Origin: Octopus vulgaris
Taxonomy: Eukaryota
Length of the DNA stretch: 64,000 nucleotides
Reading direction: 5' to 3'
Assembly (NCBI GenBank): GCA_951406725.2
Contig: OX597817.1
Span: 116,870,001 to 116,934,000, forward strand
A program made the translations under genes and the position numbers. How positions within the stretch are numbered: position 1 is the stretch's first letter; each line of letters begins with the position of its first letter. The notes under the pieces are model-generated. The model worked only from the letters and a program-made list of their open reading frames with translations, searched no databases and was not told the DNA's origin. Below, piece after piece: positions 12,924-25,054 of this stretch.

Positions 12924-13601
12924 AAAAGAGAGAGGATTACCTCAGGCCGTCTAGAATTAAGTCTTACAGGAGTAGTACATGTAATCTGGTCAGTGGTGAT
13001 TAAGTAATTAATATCATGTTGATCTACTAAACCATCATGTGTGAAGGAGCAATACATCCGTCTTTATGTACAAAATGGGTAAGGCGTGGGATATGGGTGA
13101 GGGATAATAAGTAGAAGTAAACAGAAAAAATAGAAGAAAGAGATAAGGGAGAGCTGCTACAACTTATTTTGATTATCGTATTAAAAGAGGAAGAACAAGT
13201 AAACTACTGGAATATGTAATAGACATTAGGGGTGGGAATCAAATTTAGAGAATAGGAAAAGCTGTTTCATACAATTTAGCATATTTATATTCCTATTCTC
13301 TGAATTTGATTTCCTCTCATACTTTCTATAACTAATTCCATTCCAGTAGTTTTGTAAGTCTTCCATTTTTAAAAATAAGTATTATCAGCTCTCCCTATCC
13401 TTTTTTCTTCTATTTATCATTCCTTACCCATATCCCACGTCTTACCCACTTTTGTAGATAAAGATGGCTGTATTGTTCCATCATACATAATAGTTTATTA
13501 GCCTGACATGATATTAATTAATTTATCACCACTGACCAGAAAATATGTACAACTCCCGTAAGACATAATTCCAGACGATTGGAGACAATCCTCCCGCTTT
13601 T
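12924..13601. repeat. Long imperfect inverted repeat, arms about 330 bp, loop about 33 nt
   Basis: CTGGTCAGTGGTGAT/ATCACCACTGACCAG, GGGTAAGGCGTGGGATATGGGT/ACCCATATCCCACGTCTTACCC and AGAGAATAGGA/TCCTATTCTCT lie symmetrically about 13274. Confidence 0.92.
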
Positions 13602-13761
13602 GAAAACAATGCAAAATTATTTTGATTTGGACATTTTTTTCCTTATCTGACGTTTATATTGTATAGAAAAATCTTAATTGTCTTTGAAAATTGAATGTTA
13701 ATCTCTAGTACTATTTATTTGTATGACATCCTTAGATGTCTCCATGTAAATATTTTTTAAT

Positions 13762-14197
13762 GTTTGTCTTGTTTTAAGCCATTCTGGGACACAAACTTGA
13801 AGGATTTTAAGTCGAATGCATCGACGTCAGTACTTATTTTTTTAAGCATGGTATTTATTCTATCGGGCTCTTTTACCGAACTTCTAAGTTAAGGGGATGC
13901 AAACCAGCCAGCAACAATTGTCGAGCAATGGTGGTGGAGGTGGTGGGGGTCAAACACAATGACACAGCCACACAAACGAACACACGCACAAAAAGCACAC
14001 ACGCACACAAACACACATACAAAACACACACGCATACACATATATTCGACCGAATTCATTCAGGTTCCGTCAGCCAAGGTTTTGAACGGCCCGAGGCTAT
14101 AGTAGAAGAGACTAGTCCAAGGCACCACGCAGTGGATCTGAATCCGGAACTACGTGGTCGGGAAGCAAGTTTCTTACCACACAGTCACGCCTCCGCC
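13762..14197 (-). mobile_element. SINE family A, full composite copy (head, CA spacer, tail)
   Basis: Head homologous to 10906-11063; tail homologous to 27655-27830 and 17800-17986. Confidence 0.8.
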
Positions 14198-14800
14198 TAT
14201 GTGCATTTTTAATTTATGTCTTTGATGTAAACAGTTGTTCATTTCTTGTTGTATAACTATACTTAAAATAATACTGCTTGGAGTTTTATATGTATATATA
14301 TATGTATATGGAATTTCAGCGAGTATTGTTTTCTACGTCTTCCCTTATATTTCCAACGCCATGAATTGTGTTAATTGTAACGGATGTATCGCCCACGTAT
14401 CCCGTGAATATCGTACGCTTATGTTTTGCATTTCATTCTATCAAGATTGATGATAGAAGCAGTATTCATATCACAACATAACACTAAAAGAAATAGAGAC
14501 CGGATTCATTTGTCAAAACAAAAAGAATGCCTGGCTGCTGATGTATAGATAAGGGCGAAATTTCAAATCCAGGCATTGATATTGTTATGAAACACATTAA
14601 TCCTGCCAAATATAAAAGAGGCAGCAACTCCCGGAACAACACTTTATCCTGAAATCGAGACTATAAAAATCTAGAAAGGTTGATGATAGATGATAGATTT
14701 AAGGCATTTTACTGATGCAAAGAAACTGCAAAGAAATCATAGGAAAATACAACTCATGCCGACAAAACTTTGCTTCGTAAGTATTTATATATCTATGTAT

Positions 14801-14900
<100 letters not shown>

Positions 14901-15353
14901 AATATACATACAGAACCGAAAGCTCAGTGTACATGTGTTCCTGAATATAGACACTTTTATGTAGTTATATCCTTGTGTGTATGTGGATATATATGTGTGT
15001 TTGCGTGTGTGTATTTGTGTATGCATATTATTGTTCTTTCTTACGAAATATATAGAACGGCTTAAGAAGTGCTCGGATCGAAACCAAGACAAAAAATAAG
15101 AATTAAGATAAAAACTCAAATTAGGCAAACAGTTTTAATACATACACATACATTAAAAAATTCGACTTAAAATGCGTATATATATATTAATACATATCGA
15201 CATACATGAATATTAAAATATATTTTGAATATAAATATATTTATAAATATACATAAGTTTATATTATGTCCTGTGTCGTAGTGTGTTTATGTGCTGTATT
15301 TGTCAAAATTCAATTTTCTATGTAAAATCTGTTACTAGGTAATAAAGAAATAA

Positions 15354-15572
15354 GAATCGTTAGCACATCGAGCAAAATCCTTAGCACACCGGCTGTAATC
15401 CTTAGCAGCAATTCGTCAAGTTCCGCCGATGTCGTTTTTTCCGTTCATCTTCTAGGGAGCGGATAGGTCGATTAAATGGACTCCAGATGGATACCAGTTG
15501 AACTCTGGAGTCCATTTAATCGACCTATCCGCCCCCGAAATTGCTGGCCTGGATCAAAAATTTGAAATCAAT
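15354..15572 (+). mobile_element. SINE family B copy containing a perfect internal hairpin
   Basis: GAATCGTTAGCAC...TTCCGCCGATGTCG...GAAATTGCTGGCC...AAATTTGAAA. Confidence 0.8.
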
Positions 15573-16310
15573 ATTTAGGCGAAGCGTACAATATTGAATT
15601 TGTTTCCCAGACCAAACTCGAGCGGCTTGGGACACGTGTTTTTCTCACGATTTGAAACGACCGGTATATACAGTCCTCAACTCCGAAAAGGAAGAGACAT
15701 TTGCATATTTGGAAATATTTTAGAACAGACGTGACCAATGATACTTTAGATGGTAAAGCTAAAAAGAAGGTAAGAGAATGTAATTCACATGGACAATGAT
15801 GTTTACTTGAATAAGGTTCTGTCGACAATGCACGTGTGGTTGTGTTTGGTTGTTGTCAAACAATCAAGCAAGGCTTAAACTGCTGTCACATTCCTTGAAA
15901 AATTCAACCAGTCTTGTGCCTGCATTCTCGTTGACTGTTTCTGGATTTTCTTATAAATTTCTTTTACTAATGTCATTGTATTCAGTCGTTTTCTATCCCG
16001 AGAAGAGTAAAATGGCTCTAACTGCAATTGTTTCACTACGCATTAAAACTTTAAAATAAATGATAAATAATTAATGTTTATGTTATATATGAAACTAAAA
16101 ATAAATAATTCAGCAACAATTGTATCAAGCAAATGATATATGATGGAGATACAAGTTGCTAAAATTCATAAGTGAAGAGCTGAAAAGAACATTTGGATAA
16201 AATTTGTACATATATACACACATACATATGCGCATACACACAGATATATAAATACATGCTTACAAACACAAAAATACACAGATACACACGCACACATACA
16301 CACACACACT

Positions 16311-16374
<64 letters not shown>

Positions 16375-17717
16375 CAGGTAAACACATGTCTGCTGGTGGT
16401 GTGTGTGTATGATTCTATTCTTCATGCAACATTTACAAAGACATTTCTGCTTATGCAAAAGACAAGTACTCAAATGGACTGACTTACGTTATTAAGACTG
16501 CAGAGACACATAAGTACATATTGCTTTGCACACATAGTAATACATACGTTTATCGACACATATGCTTATTTTCACTTTGATTTAATATTTCTAGTCCAAA
16601 GTTGAATGGCAGACTAATACTGTAAACTCGTATCAATGCCAGAATAAGATGCTGCACTGCTATTTCCAGAACTGATAAGGAAAGGGCAGTAGCTATGTCA
16701 GACATAAACTATTCAGTTAAACAAGTTATAATGTTATCACGGAATGTCGACCAGTTTCCCCTTAACGTTCCCACCAGCTTCTGCATTCCGAAGCTAGGCT
16801 TTACAATTGAAGCGACTATAGATCCGGCGTTTGTCAATAAAACAAGAACAACACAACAAGACCAACAATTGTAACTGTAATAGTAATGATGATGATAAAT
16901 GATGATTATGATGATGATGGTGATGATGATGATGATCATCATCATCATCATCATTATTAGCATTATCATCATCTGTCGCCATCATCATCATCATCATTAA
17001 TCCTCATCGTTGTCAGCATCATCATGAAAAATTTCAAGAGTGGCAAATAAGAAAAAGAAATATTCCTCTCATTTTGTTGTTGCATTCTCTTTAGTAGTTT
17101 GTTGATAGGCGTGTCCCAATAAATGAAATGTCACCAGTACAATGGTTATCATACATTGAATGTCTTGACTTGTGTGCTTTACTGCGTTACGCTAATGTAT
17201 AGACATTTTCCAGGCACTGATAACTCAATGAACTATTACTTGTCTGGGTATACCATAGAATTTCACGTTCAAGTCTTGTGATCCTCAGCCGAAAGTATGA
17301 TTGGAAATGTGCTATGTTAAGTTACAAAATTTTAAAGCTAAAAATTATATTGCTCGCCGTCCTTATCTCATTATCGTTACTGTTTGTGACATTGCTGATA
17401 TTGTTGCTGTTGTTGTTATTCTTCTTCTGATGTTGCTATTGTCATTGTAATGTTCAGATTCAGACCATCCCTGATGCGCAAGCCTATTTATATGTAAAAT
17501 ATATACACGTTTCAAGTTCATTCTATATTTCTACCATACACACACACATCATTATTAATATTATACATCGAGCAGATCCTTTTTTCCAAATAAACACATG
17601 CACTATATATGCGTTCTTCACTCATGTATAACTGGTCTTCTTTTATATTATGTCCACTGTCTGGAAATATTTCGTCACACATCACTGATCTCTTCAGTAA
17701 CCCTTTCCGAGACCCAG

Positions 17718-17986
17718 GCAAGTGCCCTCTGCTACAGCATCGGGTCAGCTAAAGCCTTGTGAGTGGATTTCGTAGGGTAAGACTGGAATAAAATGTATAC
17801 CCCCGCCCACCGTCGCTTGACAATCAGTGATGGTGTGTTTATGTTCATGTAAGTTAATTGTTTGGCAAAAGAGACCGCTATATTAAGTACTAGGCTTAGA
17901 AAGAATAAGTTTTGTGTCGATTTCTTCGATTAACCCTTTCAGACGGTGCTCCAGCATGGCCGCAGTCAAATAACGGAAACAAGTAA
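17718..17986 (+). mobile_element. SINE family A, 5'-truncated
   Basis: GGCAAGTGCCCTCTGCTACAGC...AAAGCCTTGTGAGTGGATTT...CGGTGCTCCAGCATGGCCGCAGTC. Confidence 0.8.
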
Positions 17987-18141
17987 ACAAACATAATAAT
18001 ATATATGTATGTGTGTTTGCTTGTGTGTGTGCGTGTGTGTATGCGTGTGTGTATATATTCTCGCTCATATAATATCTATACATCTACATACATGCTAATT
18101 TACGATAAATTTGAAAACAAAAGAGCGTAATACTTGATGTC

Positions 18142-18223
<82 letters not shown>

Positions 18224-18229
<6 letters not shown>

Positions 18230-18544
18230 AATATAAGAGAGTGGTCACTATATTGCTCACTCTAGCACCAGTTAATCCAAAAGGTTTCAACCACGAAAAT
18301 ACATGTTTCCCATGAAAGTCAGTACGATTGTTAGCTCACACGGACAGGGCAAATAAAAAATAACAAAAATACAGATTATTTTGCCAAAATAATCTGTATT
18401 TTTGTTATTTTTTATTTGCCCTGTCCGTGTGAGCTAACAATCGTACTGACTTTCATGGGAAACATGTATTTTCGTGGTTGAAACCTTTTGGATTAACTGG
18501 TGCTAGAGTGAGCAATATAGTGACCACTCTCTTATATTTATTTT
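18224..18544. repeat. Perfect palindrome, 160-bp arms with a 1-nt centre, inside a (TA)n-bounded element ending near 18670
   Basis: Arms read as exact reverse complements about C18384 (ATTATTTTG-C-CAAAATAAT). Confidence 0.97.
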
Positions 18545-18665
18545 GTAAAAATATTATAATATGTTATAAAATATTATAATAATCCAGGTTTCTCGGAGCA
18601 CTAGGCCACTTGGTGTTGAATAAATATACTATTAAATTAGTATCTAATTCTCTCACTCTTATTAA

Positions 18666-18698
<33 letters not shown>

Positions 18699-19824
18699 CT
18701 AGCAAATGCAACCGTCCTTTGGACGATTTAAGCTGCTTTGGTGCATTTTTTCACCAAATAATTGAACTACAGAGGTGTATGAGTAGCATTGCAATCTATG
18801 TTTCCGATTAACCTAGGAACGGAAAACTGAATTGAAGGTTGGTTATTATGGACATCGTAGTACTTTAATAATAATAAAGCATATAAGTTTGCAAGCGATG
18901 CAAAGTAGACCTACTGAAATGTTTTGAAGTATATTACGGATAATGACTACAAAATATGTTTTACATAAAAAGCAAAATTTCTCGTCAGAAAGAGCCACAT
19001 AAATGGTGTAAGGAAATTGAAGACGTTGAAACTTCTATTCTGCGAGTTTATTTTATTCAACAGCAAAAGGAGTTTTTTTTTTTTGGAGAGAGAAGTATCA
19101 TTGGTACGTTAAAAAATGGCAATATAATACCTACTTGAAAAGGTAGAGGTAAAGAAATGTATTTGCTACGTGCTTATAGTGTACGGCCACTCTGAAATTG
19201 ACTTCAGTAAACGAAAAGTGAAGGCATGAAGTGTTTGACTTCAGTTCACGAATAATTTTTGAATCTTTAGCAGTTTGCAGTGAAAAGTTGTCAAGTTGTA
19301 TGGCAAGCAAATAATAAAAAAAGTCTAAAATCAACCAAATAAATTTCTGTAATGCAAATATACGACCATCTAGTTTTAAAAAGTATGGGAAACACTCGAA
19401 ATAAATAAATAGACAAAATATTCTCTCTTTTATATTTTCCAACTCAAACACTGAAACACAAAATACAAACCAATACGCATATAAAAAATATAGAAAGTAA
19501 TAATATACAATTACAACATGTAAATAAATAATAAATAAAAAAGTGAAAACCAGTAAAAAATATTCTCTAATGCCATTATACAACCATTAAAAATTATGGA
19601 AGACCCAACATACAAAAAACTATGTACATAAAACGAATTAGAAAAAAAAAACCCGTGTAAACCACCGTTTTGTTCTGTTTGTCAGTTTACACGGGAGCTC
19701 TGGGCTATGCGCTATAACACTATAAGTAACGTGTTTATAAAATTTTGTGAAAATCGGCTGAGGACTGTGGAAATGTATGCGTTAGTCAAAATATGCTCAC
19801 TTTCTGTGATTTATACGTGTTAGA
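18699..19824 (-). mobile_element. Non-autonomous Helitron-like element
   Basis: Minus strand starts TC (19824-19823), ends with hairpin ATCGTCC-AAA-GGACGGT followed 8 nt later by CTAG; host A|T, no TSD. Confidence 0.6.
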
Positions 19825-19994
19825 TAAGTAAAACAATGAGCAAGATAATTTCGATTATCCGCATGTGACTTGTTCAAATACAAAATCACAATTACTTCAA
19901 TGCCATGATATACGAAACGCGAAACCGATCAACTATCACAATACTCTATAATTTCAAATATATTAAAACTATGTAAACTGTGTGCATTTTCCTT

Positions 19995-20073
<79 letters not shown>

Positions 20074-20273
20074 GTATGTAAGTATGTATATGTATTATAT
20101 ATGTATGTGTGTATGTTGTGTAGGTATCAGTTAGAGGAGTTTAACACCTCTGAGGGATAATTAAATCCAAAGGCGCTCCTGGTTATTACCTGAGTAGGTA
20201 AAGTATTTTGTAATTTTGTACGGTAGCAGGGAGTTCGGTACGTAGACCTTGTTATTCACATGCATGTTTCCTC

Positions 20274-20307
<34 letters not shown>

Positions 20308-20355
20308 CAATAATAAATCTCTGAGCGAGATGTAAACAGTAACCGCTCGACAATG

Positions 20356-20761
20356 TAAAGTATAATAGCCATCTCAATATGGCTAACCACAAAGGGTGGG
20401 TGTTACTGAAGCTTTTAGCCCCAGGAGATCATCGTCTTAAGCTGGCTTTAGGCACATTATTTGTGCCCTTATGGTATTTGCAAAGGGAGGTCATCCCTTT
20501 CTCGTAAGCCTAAGTGATTCGCACGGACTTCCTTTTCATCGTAAACCTGTGATTACCTCCCGTTGACAAGAGGCAACAACCTCGAAACTCCGGTCCGTGC
20601 GTATCACTTAGGCTTACGAGAAAGGGATGACCTCCCTTTGCAAATATCATATGGGCACAGATAGTGTGCCTAAAGCCAGCTGGAGACGATGATTTCCTAG
20701 GGCTAAAATCTTCAGTAACACCCACCCTTTGTGGTTAGCCATATTGAGACGGCTATTATAC

Positions 20762-20765
<4 letters not shown>
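20356..20765. repeat. Foldback element, arms about 172 bp, spacer about 63 nt, between microsatellites
   Basis: TAAAGTATAATAGCCATCTCAATATGGCTAACCACAAAGGGTGGGTGTTACTGAAG...GCACGGAC is inverted at about 20593-20765. Confidence 0.95.
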
Positions 20766-20852
<87 letters not shown>

Positions 20853-20916
20853 TGTTGGATCGTTAGATCTACACACATTTTTTTCCTCTCCTTGTTTCTC
20901 TCCTTGTTTCTTTTCT

Positions 20917-20960
20917 GTGTATCTTTCTGTCGAAGAGCGTAGGCTCGAAACGTAATACAC
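20917..20960 (+). ncRNA. Variant hammerhead-like motif
   Basis: gtgtatcttt-CTGTCGA-A-GAGC-gtag-GCTC-GAAAC-GTA-atacac; perfect stem II, palindromic ACGT stem III, non-canonical core; in a (TA)n-bounded element at about 20850-21060. Confidence 0.5.
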
Positions 20961-21118
20961 TTGTTTTATTACTATTCCTGAGCGCCATACTAATACAATT
21001 GTTTGTTTGTACTGCACCTGCCTTTGTCTTTTGTTTATTTTCGTAAACCTTCCCGTTACATTTATATATATAGTTGAAATTCACAGAAAAACAAAACATG
21101 GCACATACATACATGCGT

Positions 21119-21171
<53 letters not shown>

Positions 21172-21174
21172 TGA

Positions 21175-21400
21175 ATCACTACATTTGTTACGATTTCTAC
21201 AGTTGTAGTGATTAAAAGATAAATATCCAACCCAACCCTTTCTTGTTGACTAATTTTTTCAACTGCACAATTAAAAGAACTGGTGTCAACAAGGAGCAGG
21301 GTTGGCCATTTATTTTTTAATCACTATAAGTGTAGAAGTTGTAACAATTGTAGTGATTAAAAAATAAATGTCCAACCGTACCCCTTCATGTTGACTCCAA
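21175..21400. repeat. Alternating-orientation repeat of a unit of about 47 bp
   Basis: TTGTAGTGATTAAAA(G/A)ATAAAT(A/G)TCCAACC...TGTTGAC forward at about 21204 and 21348, reverse at about 21285-21329, partial reverse at 21175. Confidence 0.85.
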
Positions 21401-21563
21401 TATTTTCAATTATATGTTCACATACAACTAATGTCCAAACCTAAAAGTACGTATAATACTACTACCGTATGTTATAGGGCAAATAGGAAAGTAGACGAGC
21501 TTTATACTTACCCTACTACGCTATTATCAGAATATACAAACACTGTACGTGTGTATATATACA

Positions 21564-21597
<34 letters not shown>

Positions 21598-21605
21598 ACT
21601 ATTTA

Positions 21606-21644
<39 letters not shown>

Positions 21645-21648
<4 letters not shown>

Positions 21649-21909
21649 CAGAATGGGACAAAAACGCAAAACATCCGTACAGCTAGACGATACAAAAAGG
21701 GACAACAAAACATTCAGATAGACGATACAAAGAAAATAAGGACAAATCATTCGAAGTTTTCTTTCCGCAGTCAAGCACCGGATTATCCTCGCAGTTTCGG
21801 CTGATTATTTTTGAGATTGCTCCAATCTGCCCAGCCAAGGAAAAAACTAAGCTAAGAGAAATAGATTCCTTGGAAGAAAGCAACGATTATATACAAAAAC
21901 AGGGACGGA

Positions 21910-21918
<9 letters not shown>
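21645..21918. repeat. Non-coding insert bounded by (TA)n on both sides
   Basis: About 270 bp between (TA)n arrays, with an internal direct repeat of TAGACGATACAAA and GGGACAA. Confidence 0.5.
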
Positions 21919-21992
<74 letters not shown>

Positions 21993-23026
21993 AAGAGAGA
22001 GCGTGTGTGTGTGTTAGGTGTGATGTACAGTAAATGAATGTTGAGAAAAATGTCAGAATTTTTGAAAAAGGAATTTTACTTTTGTATTTCTTCATTAGCG
22101 CTTTCGTTCGTTTCCCGAACTCGCCAAATAAAATTTTGCGAATGTATAAAGAGCTTGTTCATTTATATAAAATAGATGTATGTTGGGTTTTTGTTGAAGA
22201 AGAGAACACTGTTTATTTTAGATAGTCAGACAGATAGAGAGAGAGAGAGAGAGGGAGAGCGAGAAGGGACCCCCTTCCTATTCCCCATGTATTTATTTAG
22301 TCATTTACCATTGTATTGGAATGGGTTTAATATTGGTGAACTCTTAAAAAAACAAAAACAGGTGTAGTGTGTTCATCACTGAAATTCTCCTTGCTTCCTC
22401 TTTCCTTCTTTTTATCTCTTTCTTTCTTTTACTCCTCTTTGAGTTATATTTAGAATACAAAAATGAAATGCTTAGGATGTGAAAGATTCTGCTATTCGTA
22501 ATATTAATATTTAATAGAAAATGATATCCAGTTGCAACGGTTCCATAAAGTAGCTAATTCTGTACAACATCTAATATATGTTCTGATGTTTTCTCGAAGT
22601 CGTGATACGGAAATTTTCATTATTTTCATTATATTAGAGGTTAATGCTATCCGATTGATTGCGTAACCCTCCGACGACTTCTATAACTTAACTGATAACT
22701 TCAGCTGACACTTGTAGGACCTCGTATTAAATATGACCTAACCCATCGCACCCAGCACACATATACGCTCGCAGATAAAGACATACACACACACAAACAC
22801 ATATATACACACATTAATTTTACAAATAGACCAGAGTTTCAGTTTTCCCAGGGGATAATATTTCAAACCAATGATGTCACCGAATGCCAATGATGTCAAC
22901 AAATGCTTGTAATTTAACCATGGAATTTGGTTTCTTTCTTTAAAGACGGAATATATGAAAATAAATATTTTTTCCTTCACATGAAACTTAACGTGATTCT
23001 TCAATAATTAATATGGGTGTCAAATT

Positions 23027-23213
23027 CGGCGAGCTTGCAGGATCGTTAGCACGCCGGATAAAATGCTTAGCGGCATTCCGGCACTCTTTACATTCTGAGT
23101 TCAAATTCTCCCAAGGCTAAATTTGCTTATTATCTCTTCGGGGCTGTGTGGTCCATGTAATCGATTTAACTCTACCCCCGAACTTGCTGGCATTGTTTCA
23201 AAATTTGACACCA
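23027..23213 (+). mobile_element. SINE family B
   Basis: CGGCGAGCTTGCAGGATCGTTAGCACGCCGG...TTCTGAGTTCAAATTC...AAATTTGACACC; followed tail-to-tail by a decayed minus-strand copy at about 23222-23360. Confidence 0.85.
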
Positions 23214-23421
23214 ATTAATATTGGCACAAGGCCAGTAATTTCGGTAGACGATTGAAATCGTTTTCGTCGACCACACTATTCAACCGGTTTTTATTTTATC
23301 TACCCCGATATGGTGAGTGCCAAAAACAACCAATAAGGTATTTGAACTCAGAACGTAAAGAGGGACATAAAGATGCTTTTATGCGTGCGTGTGTATGCGT
23401 ATATATATATATATATATATA

Positions 23422-23942
23422 TGGAGAAAGAAAGAGAATAACTTCACTGGTACAACTTACCAGTTTATTCTATTTTATTTTTTAATTTTTAAAAAATATA
23501 AATTTTACACTTTAGTTCATAGATCTAGTAAGTTCTTTGTTAAATTTGGTGGGGAGATTTTATACAAAAATTCCTTGTTAACTTTTCCGGAGAATGTTCT
23601 CGCATTGGTTGTGAAACTGATTTGAGGGTTTGGGCTTTGTTATGCTATATATGGGATTTGGAGATGTTTCTGGATGGGGTGTGTTAATTAGTGTGGGAGT
23701 GAAAGTGAATCAGTGAATTTGTGTGTGTGTACCTATATATATATATATATAGGCACACACATATTTCATTAGCAACTAAGTTCCCACGGTTTTTTTAATT
23801 TAAAATTTAAAAAAAAAAATAACAACTAATTAATCAATAATGCATTCACCCTTGTTGTTTACAGCTTCTTCCCAACGTTGGTAGAAATCACCCGATTTCG
23901 GCTCCAAAAAATTGATCCAACCAGGCTTCAATTTACCAACTC

Positions 23943-24006
<64 letters not shown>

Positions 24007-24193
24007 GAAAGAAAGCGAGAAATTTCTCCAGAATAGTTAACAAGGAATTTTTGTAAAAAATATCCCCACCCAAATTAATAAACAACTTACTAGATCTATG
24101 GACTAAAGTGTAAAATTTATATAATTAAACAATTAAAATATAGTAAATTAAACTGAGTAGAACTGTCCGCGAAATCATTCTTTTTCTTTTTTC
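23422..24193. repeat. Inverted pair of about 185-bp arms with a spacer of about 400 bp, each arm preceded by (TA)n
   Basis: AAATTTTACACTTTAGTTCATAGATCTAGTAAGTT and ACAAAAATTCCTTGTTAACT (23500-23585) are reverse-complemented at about 24035-24120. Confidence 0.9.
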
Positions 24194-24224
24194 AAATATA
24201 TCTAATTCTACCAAGGATCTCACA

Positions 24225-24264
<40 letters not shown>

Positions 24265-24618
24265 AGATAGATAGATAGATAGATACAGAAAACGAGAGAG
24301 AGAGGTGTGTGAGTGTGCATGTATGTTTCTGTGAGTGAGTGTTTGTGTGTATGTGTGTGTATTCGTGCGAGTTTGAGTGTATTTTGGTGCCGGTGTGTAT
24401 CAGTAATATTGCTTATCTATCGGCAATATTCTGCGACAAAATATTAGTGCGATTTAGCAATAAAAGTTACGTATATGTGTTTTCACTGCACCGAGTACGG
24501 GCAGGTGCAACTGGGCATAATTTTCTCTGTAGCTTCGTTCAGGATTTATAAATATATACGCTTTTCAAATAGGATTAATATATACACACACACACACATA
24601 CACACACATATATGTATA

Positions 24619-24710
<92 letters not shown>

Positions 24711-25019
24711 CGTGTGTATACGTGTGTGTGTGTGTAATTTTCGGCCAGCTAATCCATTACCGAACTGCGATGAAACAAAAATCCCATTACCTGAATATGA
24801 TACATCTAAATATACTCCAGTGTTTAAAAATTACACGCATGAAGAAATTCTGAACAATAACATAACTCTAAATTTAATCAATAAAACTTTCTCCGCAACA
24901 TATCTATTACAACTTATTCTATAATTTAATTCCCATTCAACTGAAATACACCATATTCAAAGAAATTCTTAAATCACCTGAGACTATATAAAACCAAAAT
25001 CAACGCAATGCATCGCTGA

Positions 25020-25054
25020 CTGATGATGGCGTGGCTCGTCGAATCATCAAAGTC
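25020..25054 (+). ncRNA. Decayed hammerhead-like core
   Basis: CTGATGA-t-GGCG-tggct-CGTC-GAATC-atcaaa-GTC; GAAA is mutated to GAAT and stem I is not evident. Confidence 0.4.

Noticed and set aside
14526-14577. AATGCCTGG/CCAGGCATT stem enclosing CTGATGT...GAAATTTC
   Set aside because: Core mismatch, no stem II and wrong spacing to stem I; not supportable as a hammerhead
15611-15775. Plus-strand exon candidate ending AAG|GTAAGA
   Set aside because: Stops in all three frames from the stronger acceptor; the short alternative exon has no recognisable product
19131-19583. 150-aa hydrophobic ORF
   Set aside because: Antisense reading of A-rich sequence inside the Helitron-like element; compositional artefact
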